NCBI GenBank assembly: GCA_963666985.2 | Contig: CAXXIA010000001.1 | Location: 32,001-96,000, forward strand | From: Spirochaetia bacterium | Lineage (GTDB): Bacteria > Spirochaetota > Spirochaetia > DSM-2461 | Length of the DNA stretch: 64,000 bases | Reading direction: 5' to 3' | Part shown: piece after piece, positions 58,029 through 64,000 of the stretch | Layout of the letters: each line of letters starts with the position of its first letter | Numbering within the stretch: position 1 is the first letter of the stretch | Made by a program: the position numbers and the translations under genes | The notes under the pieces: generated by a model | The model's database searches: none | The model's input: the letters and a program-made list of their open reading frames with translations, nothing else | Told to the model about the DNA's origin: nothing

Positions 58029-60226
58029 GAACCGGCCTCCGCTGTCAGAATTTGGTAGGTAAAGTATAACGCGGCCAATGTATTCGCCGAATCGGCCCGA
58101 TCCGTCGGGAATTGCATGAGCGCATGAATCAAAGGAATCAGTTCCGGCGGGGGAGACGCCTCACTCAATGCCTTGAGGCAAAGACTCCATATTTTAACAT
58201 AGGACTTCAATTCCCACAGATCGGCCAATCGTTCGCCGTGTTCCAGTAAAAAGCGTGTGTCCCGCGATTCTTCGAGCAGCAGGTTGAGTCCCTGTCCTTT
58301 TTTGCTCATTTCCTCCCTGTAAAGGGTTCCCAGCGGCGGACTCATGCCGAACTGCCGCGAAACCAGGGTTAGCAAGGTTCGTTCCGATCTTTCTCCCGAA
58401 TCGGCGAACCGTGAGGATAGAACATCATCGAGGTAGCAACGATCGGGGTCCATGTAAAACAAAGCGATCATGAAGTCCAGCCGTTCGTGGAGATCATCGG
58501 TGCTCTTCCAGAGTTCCGAGACTTTCTCCAGGTGTTCCTTGGAACCGATTCGGCCCAGGCTTTTAGCCGCCGAGGCCCTGATTCTGGGATCTTTATCCCG
58601 GAGAAGTTCGGCCAGGAGTTTTTCAGTGGCTTCGCCCGGATACGCCCCCAGGGCGAAAACGGCTTTTTCCCGATGAAAAGATACCGGTTCGGCCGCTTCC
58701 TCTCTGAGAAAGTCGGCCAGTTCCGGCCTTTGTGTTAAAAAGAGGGCGTCGATAAGCTCGCCTTTTTCCTGCGAAAGCGGTTCGGCGAGGATTTTTTCAA
58801 TTTCGGATGAAGCAACGGGTGCCTGACTGTGCCCCACGGAATGAACGAGGATTCTTCGCTTTACCGGATCGGCCGTGTTCTCGAGATTGGAGATGTCCTG
58901 GAGGGTTTTCAGGTTGTCGATATTGAAAATAATCCGGGCCGATTCGGCCAGTCCCAGACTCCCGGGCTCTTCGACGCGGTACGCGATAAAAACTTGCGCA
59001 ATCGATCCGATGGCCGCGGGAAGGAACACCAGGCCGAAATCGTTGATGGGCAGAACGGCCGTCAGATTTTGCGATAAATCCGCCAGAAAACCCGCTCCAA
59101 ATCCCAAAATCAGCGCCAGGACGGATGTTACGAAGGTTTCCATGGAGTTGAATCCCACGGCGCTTTCATCCGGCGTAATATTCACCAGCAGACGGCTTGC
59201 CGTCAGATTCACCGCCTGCAGGAAAAACATCGTGGCGAAACCCGCGATGGCATACACTTCGATATTGAAGTGATCGGGTATGAAGGACCACCACAGAAAG
59301 AGCGGGACACAGGGAATTGCCGTATAGAACAGCATCGGCCGGCTGCCGGATGTATTGGCTATGGAACGGAGGGACATGCTGGAAAGAAACGCCGCGAGAC
59401 CCACGGCGATTGTGTAGAGGAAAATTCGGGCGGCATCCAGTCCCGCGGATCGTCGGAGAAAGGGCACGGCCATGGCAAAGAGAATAACCTGGGAAAGGGA
59501 AATCCATCGGAGAAAGAGGACGCGGCGGGTGGTCTTCGAATGCATGGAGCGGGAGAAAATCACCAGGAGGTTTTCACCTTTTACGTAATCCACTCTGGTT
59601 CTGTTCGGGATTCGCCTGAATGTAAATGCCGCCGCCATATTCGCCGCGAGACCCAATATCGGCAGAATGAGCAGACCGGCCAATTCACCGATTTGCCTGA
59701 TGGAAAGAATCCCGAAGCTGATTAATCGCGAGAGAATGGATGTACCCTGGAAAGAAGATGAATTCCGGAAAATTAAGTCGTTCTGCGTTCGGCTGATCGT
59801 CAGGCGTTTCTGGACGGTGTTTACCATGGAAACACCCGCCGTTCGCGACAGGCAGAAAAGAGCATAAACCGTCATGATAAGGGTAACAGCCGTTTTCCCT
59901 TGAAGATAGGGAAGAAAGACATAGGGCAAACATACGATTCCCCGGCATATCCAGGCCCAGAATCCGACGATAACCACGTTTTTCCCTTTGAAAATTCTGG
60001 GAACGACAAGCAGCACAATCCCCGAGATATACATCATAGCGGAGATGAGTCCCAGTTCCATGTTCCCGGCGCCGAAATAGATGGCTAAAAGCGTAACCGT
60101 CGCATCGCCGAGAAAGGAAATCCCAAGACCGTTGTATCCGGAAAAACGCAGAAAAAGCCGACCTCCGACGCGGCGTTCGGATCGAGAAAGATAAATCGTT
60201 CGCTGAGAATCGCTGAATTCACTCAT
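58025..60226 (-). CDS. MFS-like membrane protein fused to a HEAT-repeat domain
   Basis: About 12 TM segments, then 'REKAVFALG', 'DPRIRASAAKSLGRIG'. Confidence 0.7.
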   Translation of the reverse strand: MSEFSDSQRTIYLSRSERRVGGRLFLRFSGYNGLGISFLGDATVTLLAIYFGAGNMELGLISAMMYISGIVLLVVPRIFKGKNVVIVGFWAWICRGIVCLPYVFLPYLQGKTAVTLIMTVYALFCLSRTAGVSMVNTVQKRLTISRTQNDLIFRNSSSFQGTSILSRLISFGILSIRQIGELAGLLILPILGLAANMAAAFTFRRIPNRTRVDYVKGENLLVIFSRSMHSKTTRRVLFLRWISLSQVILFAMAVPFLRRSAGLDAARIFLYTIAVGLAAFLSSMSLRSIANTSGSRPMLFYTAIPCVPLFLWWSFIPDHFNIEVYAIAGFATMFFLQAVNLTASRLLVNITPDESAVGFNSMETFVTSVLALILGFGAGFLADLSQNLTAVLPINDFGLVFLPAAIGSIAQVFIAYRVEEPGSLGLAESARIIFNIDNLKTLQDISNLENTADPVKRRILVHSVGHSQAPVASSEIEKILAEPLSQEKGELIDALFLTQRPELADFLREEAAEPVSFHREKAVFALGAYPGEATEKLLAELLRDKDPRIRASAAKSLGRIGSKEHLEKVSELWKSTDDLHERLDFMIALFYMDPDRCYLDDVLSSRFADSGERSERTLLTLVSRQFGMSPPLGTLYREEMSKKGQGLNLLLEESRDTRFLLEHGERLADLWELKSYVKIWSLCLKALSEASPPPELIPLIHALMQFPTDRADSANTLAALYFTYQILTAEAGS

Positions 60227-60394
60227 ATCATTTTCCCTAAGTGTACTATTGGGAACTATAGCGAGTGTGGAGCGTTCATGTCAGGTCGCCGGATAAGTAA
60301 TCGCGGTTATTGATGCCGAATGAATGGCCGGTTTCTCAGAGGATTGAAAATGAATATAACGAAACAATCACAATCCTGTTAAAATATGCCGCTG

Positions 60395-61306
60395 ATGAGC
60401 GATCACATTTTATCCATTCTTATCGCGTTCGCGGCCTATTCGCTGATGGATCTCGGGAAGGCCGTTCAAAAGATCGGTGTTACCGTTATCCGCTCAAGAA
60501 GACGGCGGGGACTGATTATTTGGATTGCCGCCTCGGCGGCGACTTCTGCGGCCTCTTTCCTCATTCTTTTCGCCGCCGGTATCGGCAGTGTGGTCGTTAT
60601 CGGAGCCATGGCGGGAACCGGACTGGTGACGGTGACGCTTTTCAGTGTTCTTTATCTTAAAGAATCCATCGGTAAAATTGATTTCTTCGCTCTTGCGGCG
60701 GTGATGATCGCGCCTTTTCTTTTTGCGGGATTCCACTATGAAATGCCCGCCACTTTGGTGGCCGTAGAACATCTGCTTTTTTTCCTGGGCGCCGTATGTC
60801 TTCTTTTTTCTCTTCTTCTGATTCCGCTTTGGCGAAATAAGAAGGTTTTGGGCATTGTCTCGGCCGCCTGCGCGGGAGCCTTTGGGGGGATGGTGGTGAT
60901 GTTTCAGAAGGTTTCGGCATCTCCGTTGGGAAAAAAGACGGCGCTGATTCATTTTGAGATTCCCGATGCGGATCCTCATGGGCTTGTATCCCGGGGAATC
61001 GCCGTGCTTCAAATCCTGACAAACCCTTATGCTTTGGGCTGGGTGGCCTTGTCGTTAATTTCCACGGCGATTCTTCAGTTTTCTTACGGCCACGGTTCGA
61101 CGATTCGGATTATTCCCGCATTTAACTGCGCCTATATCCTCGTTCCCATCTTGGGCGGGACTCTTGTTTTTCAGGAGCCTCTGCATTTCGTTCAATGGAT
61201 CGGTGTTGTCTTCATTCTCGGAGGAGTCCTTATTTTGTCTTTCGGGCGTAAAAAAAGCGCCGTTTCCGATGGGAGCGAAGCAAAAGAAATATCGGCTCAT
61301 CGGTAA
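60395..61306 (+). CDS. DMT-superfamily membrane protein (NIPA-like)
   Basis: About 9 TM segments, 'AVQKIG', 'LYLKESIG', 'LVFQEP'. Start is 60386 or 60395. Confidence 0.65.
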   Translation: MSDHILSILIAFAAYSLMDLGKAVQKIGVTVIRSRRRRGLIIWIAASAATSAASFLILFAAGIGSVVVIGAMAGTGLVTVTLFSVLYLKESIGKIDFFALAAVMIAPFLFAGFHYEMPATLVAVEHLLFFLGAVCLLFSLLLIPLWRNKKVLGIVSAACAGAFGGMVVMFQKVSASPLGKKTALIHFEIPDADPHGLVSRGIAVLQILTNPYALGWVALSLISTAILQFSYGHGSTIRIIPAFNCAYILVPILGGTLVFQEPLHFVQWIGVVFILGGVLILSFGRKKSAVSDGSEAKEISAHR

Positions 61307-61436
61307 ACGGCCGGAATGAGCGAACTCTTTTTCTCATCCTAAAACAATTGGAAAATTCGTTGGAATATATACGTGTTAAGATAACTGCCGGTATATCCAT
61401 TTCTTTATACAAATAGAAAAATGAAAGGAATAGGCC

Positions 61437-62372
61437 GTGAATTTTGAACTTTTTAATACCGTTATGCGGAATATGGCCCGGGTTATTGTCGGAAAAACGG
61501 AAGCAATTGAATTGATTCTTGTCGCCCTGCTGGCCGAGGGGCATGTGCTCCTGGAAGATGTTCCCGGTCAAGGAAAAACACTCATTGCAAAATCTCTGGC
61601 AAAAAGTATTGGAGGCACCTACAAAAGGATTCAATTTACTCCGGATCTTCTTCCCTCCGACATCACCGGTTTTAACGTCTTTAATCAGCGAAGCGGTGAG
61701 TTTACGTTTCAAAGCGGTCCGGTTATGTCGAACATCCTTCTGGCCGACGAAATAAACCGGACAATTCCCAGGACTCAGTCCAGTCTGCTTGAAAGTATGG
61801 AGGAACGGCAGATTACCGTGGATGGAAAGACCATGGAATTGCCCAGACCCTTTTTTGTTATTGCCACTCAGAATCCTATTGAACTTGAGGGAACCTTCCC
61901 TCTTCCTGAAGCCCAATTGGATCGATTTCTTCTTCGAATTAATTTGGGTTATCCGAAAAAGGAGGAAGAAATGGAAATCCTGAGCCGATTTCAGGACTCC
62001 GATCCCCTCGAAACCATCGGGGCCGTCATCAGCCCTGAAGATTTGGCCGGCATGCAGAGGAAACGGAGAACGATAACGGTTTCAGATCATGTTAAGGAAT
62101 ACATCGCCGATATTACCGGAGCCACACGAATCAATACGGCTCTCCGCTATGGATCCAGCCCCAGGGGGTCACTTGGCTTGATGAGAGCCGGCCAAGCCTT
62201 GGCCGCATTGAGGGGCCGAGAGTATGTCCTTCCCGATGACATAAAGTACCTCTCTTTCCCCGTTCTCGCCCATAGGCTGATTCCAAGGGAAGAAGAACGA
62301 ATGAGGGGGCGATCCTCGGAAGATATCCTTACGGAAATCATGGAAAACGTGCCGGTATCCATTCATGCATGA
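61437..62372 (+). CDS. moxR: MoxR family AAA+ ATPase
   Basis: HVLLEDVPGQGKT, RIQFTPDLLPSD, LADEINR, ATQNPIE, FPLPEAQLDRF. Confidence 0.95.
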   Translation: MNFELFNTVMRNMARVIVGKTEAIELILVALLAEGHVLLEDVPGQGKTLIAKSLAKSIGGTYKRIQFTPDLLPSDITGFNVFNQRSGEFTFQSGPVMSNILLADEINRTIPRTQSSLLESMEERQITVDGKTMELPRPFFVIATQNPIELEGTFPLPEAQLDRFLLRINLGYPKKEEEMEILSRFQDSDPLETIGAVISPEDLAGMQRKRRTITVSDHVKEYIADITGATRINTALRYGSSPRGSLGLMRAGQALAALRGREYVLPDDIKYLSFPVLAHRLIPREEERMRGRSSEDILTEIMENVPVSIHA

Positions 62373-63558
62373 CGAGGGCGACGAATCGATCTCTGTTATC
62401 ACAATCCCATTTATCGTGATTCTTATTGCTCTGTTTTGTTTTATCGGTCTGTTACGGAAAGAACGGGACTTGGCCTTATGGGGAATCTGTATCCTATCGG
62501 TTATCGGATGTGCGAAAATTTGGAGTCTTGCCGGTTTGAAAGGACTTACCTGCCGTCCGGTTCCGAATTCTTCCCGACTCTTCCCCGGGGATACGCTGAC
62601 TCTGCATCTGACGGTGGAAAACAGAAAATTCCTTCCCGTTATGGTCAGAACCGGGATTCTTATCGAATCGGGAGGCCTGGAAATTCCGGAAGGAACTCCG
62701 TTTCATAGGGAAAGCGGTCTTCTTTTGCATCAGCGAGCGGATTTCATCTGGACTCTAAGAGCGGCACGCCGCGGAGTTTATCTTTTGGGGCCCTTTACCA
62801 TCGAGGCGGGAGATTTCTTTGGATTTTTTAGAAAAAATCGAAAGGAAAATCCCATAGCCATAATTGTTTATCCGAAGATTTCGGCGTTAACGGATTTCGA
62901 CATACCGAGCCGGGATTTCTTTGGGAAGTCGGGTAAAAGCAGTCCTGTTCAGGATCCGGTCTATATTCTGGGCACCCGGGAGTATCAGCACCAACAGCCG
63001 GCCAGATATATTCATTGGAAAGCCGGTGCTCGGCGGAACAAGCTCATGGAAAAGATTTTCGAGCCGTCCGAACAGAAAAAGATCCTTTTGGCCGTCGATG
63101 CGAAAGGCTTTGCTGAAAGCGGAGCAGAAGATGCTTTTGAAAAAATTCTGGAAGCGGCTGCTTCTCTGGCCGTTCATTTGGAACGGCAAGGATTTATGAC
63201 GGGGCTGATTACAAATGCGGCTCTTTATAACGGCGGGAACACCTTTGTCCGGCCGGGCAGAAATCCGCGGCAGCTGACTCTGATTCTTGAAACCATGGCG
63301 CGTATGAAAATGGATTGCGGTATTGATCTGAAGGATGTGCTAAAAGGGGTGTCTTTTTCTTCAGGTTTGAGTGCCGTTATTTTTGCCCTTTCGGCGGACG
63401 TAATTTCGGCTCAAGGAACTTACTTTATCAGCAGGGGAATCCCCTTTACCGGTATCGCCGCCGAGGTTTCGGAAAAATCCCGTTCGCGGGGGCAGGCTCT
63501 TATCCATTCACTGGAAAGCTTTCTTTTCCGGGATGAAGCACACGATGTCCGGAAGTAA
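62365..63558 (+). CDS. DUF58 family protein
   Basis: RRGVY, 'REYQ...RYIHWKAGAR'; follows moxR. Confidence 0.85.
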   Translation: MHDEGDESISVITIPFIVILIALFCFIGLLRKERDLALWGICILSVIGCAKIWSLAGLKGLTCRPVPNSSRLFPGDTLTLHLTVENRKFLPVMVRTGILIESGGLEIPEGTPFHRESGLLLHQRADFIWTLRAARRGVYLLGPFTIEAGDFFGFFRKNRKENPIAIIVYPKISALTDFDIPSRDFFGKSGKSSPVQDPVYILGTREYQHQQPARYIHWKAGARRNKLMEKIFEPSEQKKILLAVDAKGFAESGAEDAFEKILEAAASLAVHLERQGFMTGLITNAALYNGGNTFVRPGRNPRQLTLILETMARMKMDCGIDLKDVLKGVSFSSGLSAVIFALSADVISAQGTYFISRGIPFTGIAAEVSEKSRSRGQALIHSLESFLFRDEAHDVRK

Positions 63559-64000
63559 AAACAGTCTGTTAACTTTTTTCGGGGGATGCACCTCCTTCCT
63601 CTGGCGATATGTTTGGATTAATTATATTACTATTGCACTTCTGGGCCGATCGTTTCCTTTCCCGTGGGCCGTACTTTTCTTCACTCTTTCCTTCTTGATA
63701 ACTCTCTTCACTTTCGATCGGGGACGGCGGGTTATCGTTATCGGCGTGTCTCATCTTTTCGGATTTTCGCCGGCCGTCTTCGGGACTCTCCACAGCCTCT
63801 ATCATATTCAGACCGGGATTTTGCATCCGATTTGGATCGGTCGCTTTTTCAGCCGCCCCAGAGAGCCGTTGGAATGGCTGATTCTTTTTCTTGTCATGGC
63901 TATGCCTGTTCTGTTTTGGGCGGGAGGCGTACTTCTGGCAAAAAAAAGGGCACGGTATACAAGCCATTGTGCCCGGCTGGACATCGGCATCACTTTTTTC
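63545..64000 (+). CDS. Membrane protein of the moxR-DUF58 operon, 3'-truncated by the window edge
   Basis: Open hydrophobic frame from ATG 63545 (MSGSKNSLLTFFGG...) to the window end. Confidence 0.7.
   Translation, partial: MSGSKNSLLTFFGGCTSFLWRYVWINYITIALLGRSFPFPWAVLFFTLSFLITLFTFDRGRRVIVIGVSHLFGFSPAVFGTLHSLYHIQTGILHPIWIGRFFSRPREPLEWLILFLVMAMPVLFWAGGVLLAKKRARYTSHCARLDIGITFF

Noticed and set aside
60240..60340. Possible riboswitch between the divergent MFS and DMT genes
   Set aside because: Only weak pairing (cgttcat/atgaatg) and no recognisable aptamer consensus.
1..64000. CRISPR array, cas genes, transposases, integrases, rRNA
   Set aside because: No regularly spaced repeat-spacer series and no recognisable motifs for these in the ORF track.

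Overview
64-kb window of a bacterial chromosome, most likely a free-living Spirochaetia (inferred from 'FAGGxxE/FATGS'-type solute-binding-protein leaders, lipoproteins and a 7TM-DISM sensor). In order it holds: a TPR protein; an IclR-TRAP locus; an arabinan/arabino-oligosaccharide operon (araNPQ-abfA-abnA-like); peroxiredoxin; a 7TM-DISM HD-GYP protein; tRNA-Asn; thioredoxin; an AlaA-like aminotransferase; a sigma54-controlled BKACE/3-hydroxyacyl dehydrogenase/AtoE locus; a frameshifted membrane pyrophosphatase; amtB-glnK with a NifA-like activator; birA-bioY-ECF; speA/speB/deoxyhypusine-synthase-like polyamine genes; a ~10-kb sugar/glycyl-radical-enzyme island bounded by a 45-bp direct repeat; tRNA-fMet; prsW-hisC-kinase-MFS; and moxR-DUF58. 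The strongest unannotated signals are: (1) a leaderless 19-aa leader peptide with six consecutive Ala codons and a complete 1:2/2:3/3:4 attenuator upstream of the AlaA-like aminotransferase; (2) two ~121-nt structured elements of shared architecture, one downstream of each tRNA gene, each closed by an inverted copy of the host T-loop and followed by a copy of a tRNA 3' end; (3) a non-PFL glycyl radical enzyme (CWE / RVWGWS motifs) in a sugar-utilisation island with no integrase; (4) a long hairpin leader in front of speA. Several frameshifts are probably assembly errors. All calls were made by eye; no database search or folding program was run.
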